A stretch of 64,000 bases of DNA, taken from contig NW_003314269.1 in assembly GCF_000143415.4 (NCBI RefSeq), positions 1,309,544 to 1,373,543 of the forward strand, in the 5' to 3' direction. Below the pieces are notes generated by a model. That model saw nothing but the letters and a program-made list of their open reading frames with translations. It was not told the DNA's origin and made no database searches. This DNA is from Selaginella moellendorffii (lineage: Eukaryota; Plantae; Lycopodiophyta). How positions within the stretch are numbered: the stretch's first letter is position 1; each line of letters opens with the position of its first letter. Below are positions 40,548-53,719 of this stretch, in pieces. A program made the translations under genes and the position numbers.

Positions 40548-43400
40548 GTGGCTACAACAGATACCATTACAGTGGACGCAAATCCACCAAAATTTTATGG
40601 GAAGAACTGGTGCTTCTGGAAGTCAGAATTTGAATTCTATATGGACAAACGAAGTCTTTGGAACATCATCACAGGTACTGAGAATCTTCCAACCACTGCC
40701 GTAATGGATGAAACTGCCAAGTATCAGAAGGGTCAGAGAGCTTTGGGCAAATTTCATGCAGCGCTTGAGGGGCAAGAATTCCATTGCATTGGACCATGTG
40801 AGAGTGCAAAGGAAATGTGGGAGGCCATGAAGCAAACTTACCAAATCCCTTCAACATCCCATCAAATCTTTCCACTCAAGCATCTCCATACACAAGGGAC
40901 GACCTCAAGGATCATCTTGCTGCTGTGAGAACAATCCTGGATGATCTTAAGGACGTGGGAGCAAACATAGAGGATGAAGAAGAAGCAGAGCTGGTCCTCA
41001 TCACACTTCCTCCATCCTTTGATCCTCTCATATGTAGCCTCCTACCACTGGAACTCCTCTGGCGTGATCAGTAGCCTCCAACATCAGGATCAAAGGCCGT
41101 TGCATTCTACACTTCCTCTCAGAAAAGAATCAGTGAACAAAGGGAAACAAGGTGCTTCTTCATCATTGCAATAAGAAAGGAAATGACAAAGCACAATGTT
41201 GGGTGAAAAATCCCTCCCTCCAAGTCTGCAAGGAACAATGCAAAGAAAAATGTGGTACACGCCTTCACCTGATCACGGGCTATGATACTGATACTGTCTT
41301 CTACCTAGATTCTGCTGCTAGATACCATATGTTCAACAGTGATAAGTACTTTGAAATATATGTTCCTAGTATGTCATTGTTGGCAATGCCTAATAGGTTG
41401 TAGTGAGAGGAATTGGAACCATCAAGTTCACTTTACCACATGGAATAGTCGTTATATTCCTAGTTTATGTGCTAACGTGTTTTCCATGGGACAATTGGCG
41501 GAGGATATCACACCTCGGCAATTCCAGCTGATCTCGACCACAGCCCAGCCTGGACGGGGTGATCTCTACCGCCTTAGCATGGCCAGATCTCGCTAGATGG
41601 AGCTTGGGCCTACACGCCAAAAGTCAATCGCTAGAGCTTTGGCACGCACGCCTGGGGCATCCTAGTGCTGATAGAATCAAACAGCTAGCTCGAGAGCAGA
41701 TTGTTGAAGGCCTAGATCTGGGCATAAGAGCCATTCTTCCATTTTGGCCGGGCTTGTCAGCTANNNNNNNNNNNNNNNNNNNNNNNNNNNNNNNNNNNNN
41801 NNNNNNNNNNNNNNNNNNNNNNNNNNNNNNNNNNNNNNNNNNNNNNNNNNNNNNNNNNNNNNNTTCCATTGATGACTACATTCGTCAGTCTGATATATAT
41901 TCTTAAATAAATTGATTTTTATTTTTTCTGAATTATAATCTCATCTTTCCTACCTGATCTACCCTAATGGCTCGCAAATCCCAATCATTACATTACTTCC
42001 AGACACAAACTGGGAAAGCGCTCAACTGATTGAGAAGTGATGGTGGAGGCCAATTCACTTCCAATGCTTTCAAGCAGCCATGTGAGCAAGGTGGGATTGT
42101 GCGAGAACTCACAATGTGAGACAGTCCACAACAAAACGGTGTAAGAATCGCACGCTAGTGGAGAGTGCTTGAGCAATGCTACTTCTAGAAGCTACTGGTT
42201 TTATGCTGTCTTGATGGCGAACTACCTCCAGAATCAGCTCCCCACCTCTGCCCTCACTGGCATGACTCCTGCAGAAGCTTGGAGTGGCAAGGCATTGGCC
42301 CCCAAGAGCCAGCAAGCTGTGTTTATGGGCTACAGCCTCGATCATAAAGCCTATCGCCCCTGGAATCCAATCACGAAGCAAGGTTTTCAACGAGAATTCA
42401 TTGTTTCAAGGTTCTTCAAGACCTACCTTGACCGACTTTGAAGCGGAATAATACCAGTTGACTGCCAGCACAATCACTGTGCCGCTCCAAACAATCCTTG
42501 CGCATCAACCCATGCCCACTTCTTCTCCAAGACCATCACTGCCGCCGCGTCCTCCAAATCCTCCACACAGATCGACCCGCACAAGGTGGCCTCCTGAGTG
42601 TCTCATCGAGACGATGGTTTCTTCCCATGCAGCTGGGACTCCTCAGAAGCCATGGCCTCAAAGGAAGCTTCTCACTGACGTGCAGCAATGGAAGCCAAGA
42701 ATCACAACAAAAGAACAAGACACACGTTCTTGTTCCTACTCTGCCTTCCAGGTTATCAGGAGCATGAGGGTGTATGCTCTGAAGCTTCGGTTCGATATAA
42801 AGCGTGATTAGTGGAAAAAGGATGCTTGCAAGTTCCTGAACTTGACTACAATGACACCTTCGCTCCAGTGGTTAAGCATTCTACTCTTCATTGCTTGATT
42901 AATTTCGCTTCGGTGGGAGGCTTTGATGTGGAACATATGGATGTAACCACGGTATTTCTTTATAGTGAGCTTGACGAAGAAATCTATATGGCACAGCCAG
43001 AAGGATTTCTAGCCACTGGAAAAGAGGATCATCTCTGGCTTCTGAAGAAAGCTGTCTATGGCTTGAAACAAGCACCCAGATCTTGGTACACACAATTTTA
43101 TACTAAGTATGGGCTTTTTCCATAGTGAGGCAGACCCGAATCTTTACATTCGGGTGGACTGTGAATCGTTCATGATTATTGCTCTTTATGTTGATGACAC
43201 TCTTGTCATCAGTTACTGTTTCTCCAGGTTAAGCAAGACCTTTGCAGCCAATTCGAGATGAAAACTCTTGGCTTGACTTCCTACTTTCTTGGAACTCTTG
43301 GCATGGAACTCAACGCACTATCTATCTTCACCAAGCCAAGTGTATAGAAGAGATGCTGGCCAGGTTTTCTATGACCTAATCCAATGGAACCATTCCAGAG
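40548..43400 (+). pseudogene. Ty1/copia gag-pol remnant with internal deletions
   Basis: gag PPKFYGKNWCFWK; protease FYLDSAARYHM; GAG-pre-integrase LWHARLGH; RT DYNDTFAPV, MDVTTVFL, EEIYMAQPEGF, YGLKQAPRSW and LYVDD near 43184. Integrase precedes RT. Confidence 0.92.
41764..41863. other. Assembly gap (100 N)
   Basis: Run of N. Confidence 1.
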
Positions 43401-44219
43401 CAATGTCTCCTGAGACAGAGGACAACAAGAGAGCATCATCAATGAACAAGAGACTAGATTAGGGAAAAACAACTTGGCTTCTTACACTATGTACTTGATA
43501 ACATCTTGTGACATTTGGTACTATTGCAGTCATTGCAACAACTGACATTTAAGACATCTGTGTCAAGAGCATAAATTTTGCTAGTTGCTGTCAAGTGTGA
43601 GGCTCTAGAGAACAAATGACTATGGTTAAAATGATAGAGAAGAAAAAAAAACTAATGGACCTAAGGTTTGGCCAATAGGCCATGCATGCATCATGGAGTG
43701 CATTGTTATAGTGGATGAGGAGAAGGAAAGCCATAAGACAGACTGCAAGAGAGATATGGAATCATGGTTCAAAGTGTAATATGCTAGTGGAGTGGGAAAA
43801 TCATTTTATGAAGAAAAACAAACAAAAAAGTGAGGCACCCACCATAGAGAGAGTAAACTTACTATTGCTGTACACTTCCCTATTGTAGACATTTGGCTGC
43901 CACTTCGATGGCTTGAAATGGAGGGTGTTGCAGATGCACTCATAGGATCTAAAGATCCTTTGTTTGACATATAGTGCGAGACTCTCTATGGAGACTTGAA
44001 CACTGATACAATGTGGAGGAGGATATGATGAATTGGTGCTTTGGCTTTAGTATGAGCAGATGAAGCTCTAGCTTAAGCAGACAAGTGTAGCTTATATTGG
44101 GGTGGTGTGGGCACTTTTAATGAGAGGGCAAGGTTCCTCATTTGCTCCAGCACCATTAGCAGAACACAAAGCTCCATTTACTTGTAAGCCATGGGAAGAA
44201 CCACAAGTAACAGGTTCAA

Positions 44220-44319
44220 NNNNNNNNNNNNNNNNNNNNNNNNNNNNNNNNNNNNNNNNNNNNNNNNNNNNNNNNNNNNNNNNNNNNNNNNNNNNNNNNN
44301 NNNNNNNNNNNNNNNNNNN
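44220..44319. other. Assembly gap (100 N)
   Basis: Run of N. Confidence 1.
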
Positions 44320-45239
44320 CATAACGTTATAAGTTTGAATCAAGAAATTGGGAACACTTGTTTAAATTAACTTAATTTTTGCAAAGCTATAAAGTGGTAA
44401 TGTAGCATGAATATATGTTTATAGGTCAAGCCTCTAGACTTCAGCCATTATACATTCAGTTAAGAGATCTAAATGGAGTAGATAGAGATTCTAACCATTC
44501 ATTCAATTAAAAGATCTAAATAGAGTAAATATTGTTTATTAAGATTCTAACCATGCTTTTCCATTAAAAATGCTACATCAAGGTTTTAATTTAGAGATGT
44601 CAATGTCCTCATTGACCATAATCACATGCACTACACTCAATTTCTACATTCCAAAAGATCGAGAAAATTAAAAGTAATGCCTCCTTGCATGGTTTTTATG
44701 GTGGCCAACTTTACCAAGATATGAATACCATTATATTGTATTGTATGTACTCATGAATGCCTAATACATACAATTTCAATTTTATATCTTATTTAAGGTT
44801 ATATTATATTTTAAGTAGCTATTAATTAATAGGAATCAAACTTATACCATTTTCTTTAATACCATATATAATGCACCCGATCAAGCCAACTAGAAAAGGG
44901 GCAATTACTTAATAAAAAAGCTTTTAATGGCTATTTTATTCTCATATATTCCCCAAGGTTCTAAAAGATCCACGGTGATAATATATCTAATCTCATCCCA
45001 TGGTCACATGCATTACAAAAATACAGTCAAAAGTATGCCATGTAATAGTGGCTGAAGTGGAATCTCATCAAGTGTAACACATTTGAACCAAAAGCTAAAA
45101 CTCAAAAAAGTTAAGAATAGGAATGAAACTCCCAAAAAAATGCTTGAAGAATGAGCACAAAATGATTGTTGATAAATAGGTCTTTAGAAAAAAGGACATC
45201 AAAAGGATTAACCCCATAATAAATATCATAACACCTAAA

Positions 45240-45410
45240 AGTGTTGAGACTAAGTTTGAGATTGAGTATAAGATTGAGTTTGAGACCAAGTCTAAGATTG
45301 AGTTTGAAATCAAGTTTGAGATTGAGTTCAAGAAATTGGGTTTAAGCCTAATCCTAAGACTAAGACTAAAACCAAGTTCGCATTTGAGTCCAAGTTTAAG
45401 TCCAAGAGTG
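45240..45410. repeat. Degenerate short-period tandem repeat
   Basis: Recurring aagtttgagattgagt / ccaagt units. Confidence 0.6.
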
Positions 45411-48400
45411 AAAGCCCAAAGCAATCATCTTTAAGGGATTTAGTAAGTCTATGCAAAATAATTAGGGCCAGGGAAGGTTACATTTATGTGGTGGGTGATA
45501 ATATAACCATTAAAGAGTCCAAGGTTAAAGTGAATATAAATGAACAAGTTAAATGATTTAGTGAAATGTTTAAGAATCACCTCTAGAGTTATACAAGATA
45601 TCCAAATAAATAGTGTCACCCACACTTGGATTAGGAACATTGACCATTCGATCTCCCAAAGGGGCTCATTCATGAGTGCACTCTTATTTATGTCTTTTTA
45701 TATTGAACCTTTATAGATTATCTCTTAAATTGTTCCTTTTAATTACTTATACTAAAATGTGGTTATGGGATGATCACTTATAGACAAATGGTCTAGTCTT
45801 GGAGAGACGGGACCGTGGCATAAGTGGTTTTGGACTACCACAAAGATAACAAAAATAGACATATCTTTATCGTAATGGGCAAATATGTCATTAGTATCTT
45901 TGGGTGTTTGATATAGAACTCAAACATGTGGAGCACTTGAACCAAATGCGGAGGCAATATGGTTTAAAGGCCACCTTTGAGGCTATGGTAAATACTTTAA
46001 GTTGGGATAAGGAGTTATGAAGGTTGTGAATGATACTCCTTTAAGTGGTTAAATGTGTAGTTAAGTGACTGAAATAGAATAGAAAATTTAGTTGTTTACA
46101 CATATCTTTTAATATTGTTAATTCATATAATAAAAGAATATTTGTGTTGCCAAGGTTATATAAGTAACAATTTACTTATTTGAGCATAGCTTTGTCAACT
46201 CTAAAGATCATAATACTAAGTATATCCTCAATATGCTTCCTTAATAGAGTTGGCAAACTTTAATGACAAAACAGCTTATCCTTATTTGAGGTCTTGCTCC
46301 AATGGTTAAAATATGTTTGTACATACATAGGATGGCTTGAAATAATCTTTATCCACATCTAAATTTACAAGCTCCACATGTATAAGAATACACCTTATGT
46401 AGATTTCATATCTGAAGGAGGTGCTTGTAAAAACAAATTACCCACTCATACAATTCACACCATAAATGCTTGTTGTGCTAGAGACACTAAAGGTCATATT
46501 AGAAAACAATAGATAAACATGAGGTTAATACTTGATTACATGTTAATGTTCTATATATAAAGCTTCTTGACACAACACCCTAACAATACTTCATATCATT
46601 CTTTACGAAATTGTGTTCTAGAGTGTTGTTGTTCTTTATTCATTTTGGCTACCTAAAACAGAAAAAAAAATTGGCATATAAGTGTTGAAAATGGCATGGG
46701 AATCTTTTGTAGTAGATAGCTCATAAGTAATAATGAAATAAATTATATGATAAATTATGGTATGAACATAAAAACCATATGTTATAAGTTTGTAATATAT
46801 TGCAAAACCACAAATATAATTATTGAAGATTGGTATAAAAGATTTTCAAATATTCATGGCCTAGTTCTTAAGGTGTTTCATTGGTGTAAATCCATTATTG
46901 AATTCATGATAGATGCATGATTTACAAGAAGAGCAAGATTTGATAATGCCCCAATTTATGCCAACACTATTCATAGGAATGTTAGTCTAAATATATTAAA
47001 GTAACTCTTGTGTAGATATCCTATTGTACACTTGGATCAACCACTTATATATATTTGTATAATGTTGGCTATAAAATTCAAAGGTAAGCTGCAAGATAAC
47101 CCATGGTCTTGGTTTCTAAAATCTTCATGTGCATCCAAAATGTGAATATCACTACACTAGTAAATCCACTTGACCATAAATAATTGTTACAAACCTACAA
47201 GATCCACAAAATTGGAAAATGATTAAAATATACAATTAAAGCACCAAATCACCTATGATTCATCACTATTCTTATCTTTAATCTCACAAAAGAGTCAAGA
47301 AAAACTTAATACTGTGTTCATGTTGCTTGACATATCTAGATATTCAAAAAGTTATTTGAAATTAAGGGAATATATAATGCTTTGAATTTGGACTTAAACT
47401 CTAAACCTATTGCACTACAAAATGAAGGTCTAATAAACTCTTATAAGCATTAGCTCCCTATATCTAGCTGTTACATGCAAAATAGTGTTAAATAGTGTCT
47501 AGTATAATTTGGTATACTAGTAGCCTAATGTAAGGAGGTGGGTACCCCACCAATTAGAGTAATATAAGGCTTGGGCTGAGGATAGTCCAAAATTGAATTG
47601 AAGCTCAACTCAGCTCAAATTGCAAAACAAAGAGCAATATAGCTTAGCGGGAGCCAAATTAATGATTTAAGTGCTTAGTCATGCTTTTGACTACTACTCC
47701 TAGTATATGTTTGGAACCCCTCCCCCCCTCAATTAATATGAAAGCATGCCTTGCACCCTAATCCCAAGAGTGTTAGTCTCTTATTAAATATGAAATAATG
47801 GTAGATTGTAAATTAGGACATGATAACAATGCTATGGTGTACAAGACACTCTTTACATTCCGTGAATATGCCTCATTGGAAAATATAAATGCTTACTATA
47901 AATAGTATATAGACCAAAATGCATGGGGATTGATAATGATTAAGCTATTATGTAGCAATATTAAGGGATTAAGCTCAATATTGTGGGGGTTCTTAACACT
48001 AGCAATGACAAATTTCTGAACTAATTTGGGTGAAAACCACAAAAAGAACTAGTTACTAACCTCTTATCATAAAGGGTTGCCCTAATAAGCCCAAGTTAAA
48101 CTATTGGTTGAAGATATCTCTAAATGAATTTCATGTGGGATTTATAAACTATCTTTAGTTCATGCATGGCCAATTGCTAAAAGGTATTGAATCATGTCAT
48201 TCATACTTATATTATGGGTATCAAAATTCAACAAATGTATATTTACCATGTGGCATTTTTGTGTTGTCCATATCTGTATAGATTTACACGATATACATGT
48301 ATATATACAGAGAGAGTGTGTTCTAATTAATATCCCTTAAAATTTTATATTATTTAGCTATAGCTATAGATTATTTTTAATATAAAAAATTATAGCTAGT

Positions 48401-48516
48401 GAAAATTCATTAAGCTGTTTAAATAAATTTATATAATTATTTCAATTTTACCAGTATAAATTTTTTATAAATATTAGTTTATATTAATTAAAATAATAAT
48501 AAATTAAAGAAATAAT

Positions 48517-48932
48517 ATGAAAGTTACTTTTACTATATTAATTTTATTGATCTGCTTTTCTGAAGGTATTGATATTCAATATGAAATTGGTATTACTAAT
48601 GCTCTAAGTGCACAAGGAGTAGTTACTATTTTAACTGATATTACAACAAGAATTAGCAATATACCAGATGATATGATTCCCCTAGGACAAAGTGCACATG
48701 GACATGTCTTAATTTCAAATCCAAATACTTATGTTGGATTTGGTTTTTTTGTTTTAGACACAGTTCAACAAATTTGTTATATAAATAATGAAGGTCATGA
48801 AAATCCAGGGTCTATTATAAGAAACTCATTAATGCTCTATTTCGTTAAAGTGGGATTTATTCAGTAAAATGGGACTAGGTACAAATTTTCAAGTATTTGA
48901 AAATGACGTGAAATTATATGTTTTTTGTCCAG
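48517..48932 (+). pseudogene. Secreted-protein gene, 5' part (signal peptide; possibly S-protein-homologue-like domains), frameshifted
   Basis: MKVTFTILILLICFSEG is a basic-hydrophobic-small-residue signal peptide. Coding-like sequence continues in other frames (..SGIYSVKW.., QVFENDVKLYVFCPG). Confidence 0.5.
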
Positions 48933-49491
48933 GGGTTAGACATATCTGGGGCATAGTGACTAGCGTGGTGACTTTATGTCCAGACTGAGTCCATCTGGTT
49001 GTATAATAAATCTCATTGTCAAGGTGAACAAGCTGAATCTGAAGTTAAAGAAGAGCGATGGCATGCACGCACACACTATTTGTTTGTTCATTGAGCGTGT
49101 GGTGAGCTTTCCAAGATGAACGTCATTCCTATTAGCCAGACATATAACTTCATGGTGAGAACATTTAGATATTATTCAATGTTATCTTTTTCTAACGAAT
49201 CTAATTGTGAAGGTGTAGCAAGAGGCATTGCTAGTCTGGAGAAGTCATTTAACTCATTTGACCCTTAGTGTATTTTCATGAAACTAAATAACATTCATAT
49301 TATTAAGGAATTTCTCTAGTACCTTTTTTTTACGACATAGAGGCTTGCATTTCTTTCAAAGGTGATTTAGTAAAAGGCCTGAGGGCACATGCCATTCTAT
49401 TTCTCAGACCGGTATTAAGATATACTAGTGCAAAGGGAAAAAGGTATTTGGTGATCAAGTAAATGGCACGAAGGCACACGCCATTATAAGC

Positions 49492-49750
49492 CTAAGCGCT
49501 AGTGGACACCTCCTTTTTGGTACTCTCAGCGGTACTATCATCCTTCTCCGGGTCAGTTGTTTTGCTTTGGATTGTTGTCTCTGACGTTACTGGGGCGTTC
49601 TCGATAGTTGTTAATGTTGCCGTTTGTTCAGAAAAATGATCACTTGGAGTATAGTACGGGGAGTTTGGAAGACTTATATATTCTACATTTTCACCTATCT
49701 CCTTCTCCGTCTCCTTTTCTGCCTCACTTACAGATTTTGTGCTTGCCATG
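49492..49750 (-). CDS. Hypothetical acidic S/T-rich exon, possibly part of a decayed third gene of the element
   Basis: MASTKSVSEAEKETEKEIGENVEY... has protein-like composition. Further coding-like sequence with a stop lies at about 49090-49260. Confidence 0.3.
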
Positions 49751-50462
49751 AGAACGCTCTTCACCCTAAAATATGGAGTTCGTTGTGTTATAAAAGGAAA
49801 CCAACACACACGCTGCAAGGGAATGATTGTACATAAAGCACGTAAGCCCACAATATGGGTTTATGTGCCATTAATATGGGCCACACGCCATATTATTAGA
49901 TTTATGCACGTGTGATTAGTAAATGCATATGTCACATCATCTTTGTTTTACCTCACACACTATATCAGGCCTAATGAACCATATCACATGTGCACACATG
50001 CTATATATATGGAGAAGTATTATGCAAGGATAGAAAAATTCAATGCATGATTGTGGAGAGCAATGGCATGAAGCCACATGCTAAATAACATTTTAGAGAA
50101 AGAATTAAAATAAAAACATGCAAACAGTACTGAGTGGACCAAGACTTAGAAGTGCACAATTGAATGAGGTATTTCTAATAAATATTTCACTCACCTCATA
50201 TAGGAATGGCTACCACTCTCAAATGGCGTATCGCCTCATGCCATCACCTCGCAATTTGTTATAACAATCCGATGAATTCATATTCGGCTTGTTCACCTTA
50301 AACTTTAAGTAAGATTTTCTAGAACAACTAAGAATTTATACTTGTTATTTGTATCATCTCACCTAGGAATGGCATAAGGCCACATGCCATCACGCCTCCT
50401 CTGATTCAGATTCAGATTGTTCACCTTAAAATAAAATACATTAGAAACTTAGTAAAGGAATA

Positions 50463-53400
50463 TTAATGAATTTCACCTTGAACCCGGGTTATGAATGCTC
50501 TTGCTGCATCTCTTGCATGGTCTGGCAAGGTGATGGTGGCACTCTGCTTCCGCATCCAACCATGCACAACATTATCCACCGATATGCTCATGCTGGGATC
50601 CCTTGGATTCAGCACCCATCTCTTTTCTAGGCAATCCTTCGTATATCCGGAACTTGGCTTGAACCACTCCACAGTTACATTGAAGGAGTTAGTTTCTGCG
50701 TCCTCCTCTGCATCAGTGATGCAGCGCCCCACCCATATCATTTGTTTTTTATTACTGGGTCTGACAAGCACGACCATTCCTTTGCAGACCTGTACTGGAT
50801 TGAATGTTGAATCCGGCTTCTTGTTCCTCGGCCCACAATAGTGATCCTCAACATCGTTATCTGTCACTGCATTTCCAGAGGACATTGTTCCGCTACTATC
50901 TGGTGCTCTGGGTTCTGGCCAAAAGGACTCTTCCAATTCTTCATATACAACCGGCCCATTTTGGATAGCAGATATAATCTTCTCCCAGTATTCGAGCAAA
51001 GGCTTGCACCTCTGAAAATAGGATTCTCCACCAAACACCAACCCCCTCTTCCAGAAGGCAATATGCTGTCTAATCCCGGCCACTATACTTTCTTGGTCTT
51101 TGAGTCCATCCGGGTGCATCAGCCGTGGGGAACCCTGAGGAATCATAGGTTCCCCAGTTATGGGATCTCTCTTGAAGAGTTCAATGCCGTCCACTGGCAG
51201 CCACACTGTGTCCCATTCTCTCATCTTGTACCTCATCACTGGAGCACCGTCACACATGCTGAAATGAAACTGAAGAGGCTTGGAGTGGCCAATCAGCGTT
51301 TCAGATCCGTCCCTGATGTAGCCTCTTACAAACCCCTTAAAGTCTGGAACCTCTGTCAGAAGTGCAGCTTCAACAGTGCCTTTGATGCAATTTTGGAATT
51401 CATCGTAGAGTTGTGGGAGGGTGAGGACATTGGATCGCCGGAGGGACTCTGCCAGGTGACTGAACATGGCATCAACGTCTTCATGAGTGTGCCCAACCAT
51501 GAGAAAGCCAAGTGTAACCGTTTCAAATATGCCTTTGGCAACAAGCATCGCCAAGTACGCGAAGACGTACATGTTTTTGTTCTCACTGCCAGCATTGTCT
51601 GTTTGGAGCAGAAGATGGGGTGGAAGGCCACATCGGCCGCAAGAACTTCCTTGAGATTCTGCTTCGTTTGGATGAGGCTGTGCATTCACCGGGCGACCAG
51701 CCTCGTCGGAATGGCATGAGGCCTCACATGATAACCCTACAATCTGACGGCCAACATATTCACTGGGATGGCATGGGGCCCCACGCGATATTGCAAGCCT
51801 TTGCTCCTCCTCCAGCTGAACCCTGTATGGGGTTCGATCGACAAGGGCCTTATGCAAGGGTTGGCCGTTCAGCTCAGTCTGCGCACTTTGCAAAGACCTT
51901 AAGTGTTTTGCTAGGGACGCAATCATCATGTTTGCACCCCCGCCACCCCATAGAGGTACAAAGAAGTTCCCATAGTTCTGGGCACCATGCCCATGAGCGA
52001 TTATGCCAAACAGAGACACAGGCAGCTGCATGGATGAAGAGATTGCCATGGGGGCAGGATTGAGTTGAGGTAAGCACGTCTTTTTCTGGTCCATTTTGTC
52101 GTGGATGATGCAGAGGTAAGAGTCAGGTCTCTCCATGGAGAGAATCTTGTTATGATAATATGCAGTCCTGCAGCTTCTCTGCTCGATGTTGTGGTTGAGC
52201 CGCCTTCTAACCAACGTCTCTCGCTCTTGAGCGCTGCAAGAATTCTTCGACAAAGCCATTTTGATAGCAGTGCACTCGTCACACTTTGAAAAGCTGGAGT
52301 ACTTTCCTATACTCACATCCCTGAACCTGTTGCTCCACAATTTACTAAATCTAGATTGGCTCAACTTCCTGTAGCCATTACTCTGGAGTTCCCGATTCAC
52401 ATCTTCCAATATGGCCCCCTTGGTATACATGGAAGGGAGAACTCGTTGGGTGTCTCGTGTTCCATCTTCCAAGAGGCGGGTTTTATGTGGTTGCTGCTCG
52501 CTACATGTCTTGACAAACCTCTTGAAGATTGCCTCTCCATATACAACATGACCCCTGGTTTTGTGCGTACCGTCGTTCCCATGGACTGCCTGTTGAACCT
52601 TTTGTTCCTCGAACTCAGTTTTGATTCTGTAGAATGTGGTTCGAGGGACTCCATAAATGATTCTCCATGCCTTCATGCAGACCAAACCCCTCTGGAAGAC
52701 CATGCCCCCCACCTGATGTTCTGAAGCATCAACAGATGACCGTAATGCCTCATACACAAAATTGCGAGCTGCCTTCCAGGACAATGTCTTGTATCTTGCT
52801 CTCTCCTCTTCAATAGCATCCCAATCAGCATGTTGACAGCACCTCCTCTTGCAACAAGCAATTGTCGAGACCATTCGAACCTCCATCGCCATTTTCTGCC
52901 TTTTCGGTTCGTTGCTCAGATCCCTTTGGCTGCGCTTTAGGAAGGTGTACTTTCTTTTCCCATGAAGAGATGTTCTGTCATCAGTTGTAGTGGTGTTTGA
53001 TTGTGAATCCTTCACATTCTCAAACACTAAGTGCCTCAATTTCCACCGCACAATGCTTCCAATAGTCAGACTGTTTTCTTCTGTGTCAACAACCTCTAAA
53101 ATCGCAACTCCAATATCATCCCAGCCCAATTCTTGATTAGCAATCGCATCTCTTGGATCGACAACTGTGGCTAAGCCCTCAGCTACCACCTCCCCCTCGG
53201 GGTTGTTTAGAAACACCTTTGCCTGAATCCATGTAGCACGGTTCTTAGGATCCACGGAGGGAACATGCGTCGCACTTGTGCTGTCCCCAACATCTGCTTT
53301 CTTCTGAAGATTTTTCAAGGCAACAACAACATTTACCCCGACGACCATCTCTCCTCGTTCAATAGCGACCACATTCCCATCGAAAACAGTCTCTACTGAT

Positions 53401-53531
53401 ACAGCAGCATTGCCTTCCCCAAGCCTTTGACAGTGTATAACAAAGTTCTGATCCATAGACACAAGGGTCCCTTTTGCAACTCTCTTCCCACCATTCAAAA
53501 TGTAAACCTTTTCCCCAACCCTGAAGGCCAT
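50463..53531 (-). CDS. DUF7869-family, Sola1-like DDD transposase with two N-terminal Tnp1/En-Spm-like (SH3-like) repeats and a C-terminal BAH/SH3-like domain
   Basis: Uninterrupted 1022-aa ORF with CCKRRCC and CDEC. Putative catalytic motifs IIHDKMD, QTDNAGSENKN and VGHTHEDVDAMF. Repeats VAKGTLVSMD..LG..VSVETV and VAEGLATVVDP..LG..VAILEV. C-terminal KGMVVLVRP..IWVGRC..VTVEWF. Confidence 0.8.
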   Translation of the reverse strand: MAFRVGEKVYILNGGKRVAKGTLVSMDQNFVIHCQRLGEGNAAVSVETVFDGNVVAIERGEMVVGVNVVVALKNLQKKADVGDSTSATHVPSVDPKNRATWIQAKVFLNNPEGEVVAEGLATVVDPRDAIANQELGWDDIGVAILEVVDTEENSLTIGSIVRWKLRHLVFENVKDSQSNTTTTDDRTSLHGKRKYTFLKRSQRDLSNEPKRQKMAMEVRMVSTIACCKRRCCQHADWDAIEEERARYKTLSWKAARNFVYEALRSSVDASEHQVGGMVFQRGLVCMKAWRIIYGVPRTTFYRIKTEFEEQKVQQAVHGNDGTHKTRGHVVYGEAIFKRFVKTCSEQQPHKTRLLEDGTRDTQRVLPSMYTKGAILEDVNRELQSNGYRKLSQSRFSKLWSNRFRDVSIGKYSSFSKCDECTAIKMALSKNSCSAQERETLVRRRLNHNIEQRSCRTAYYHNKILSMERPDSYLCIIHDKMDQKKTCLPQLNPAPMAISSSMQLPVSLFGIIAHGHGAQNYGNFFVPLWGGGGANMMIASLAKHLRSLQSAQTELNGQPLHKALVDRTPYRVQLEEEQRLAISRGAPCHPSEYVGRQIVGLSCEASCHSDEAGRPVNAQPHPNEAESQGSSCGRCGLPPHLLLQTDNAGSENKNMYVFAYLAMLVAKGIFETVTLGFLMVGHTHEDVDAMFSHLAESLRRSNVLTLPQLYDEFQNCIKGTVEAALLTEVPDFKGFVRGYIRDGSETLIGHSKPLQFHFSMCDGAPVMRYKMREWDTVWLPVDGIELFKRDPITGEPMIPQGSPRLMHPDGLKDQESIVAGIRQHIAFWKRGLVFGGESYFQRCKPLLEYWEKIISAIQNGPVVYEELEESFWPEPRAPDSSGTMSSGNAVTDNDVEDHYCGPRNKKPDSTFNPVQVCKGMVVLVRPSNKKQMIWVGRCITDAEEDAETNSFNVTVEWFKPSSGYTKDCLEKRWVLNPRDPSMSISVDNVVHGWMRKQSATITLPDHARDAARAFITRVQGEIH

Positions 53532-53719
53532 TTTGAAAGTGCAGAAAAGAAGTTAAGACCATACAAAAAATGATTAGAGAATGGCCTAAATCATAACATA
53601 CCAAACAACCTCAATAGCATGAGGCCACATGCCATTATTCAAACATGCTATTGACACCCACGTGAAATTTCGCATTCACAAAATTGGCATGAGGCCTCAT
53701 GCCATTAGTGGTACCACTA

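Noticed and set aside
45440-46060. Possible decayed retroelement pol sequence
   Set aside because: I could not recover a diagnostic motif with confidence.
50491-52724. Plus-strand ORFs up to 292 aa opposite the transposase
   Set aside because: Antisense shadows of a long coding frame, with no motifs.
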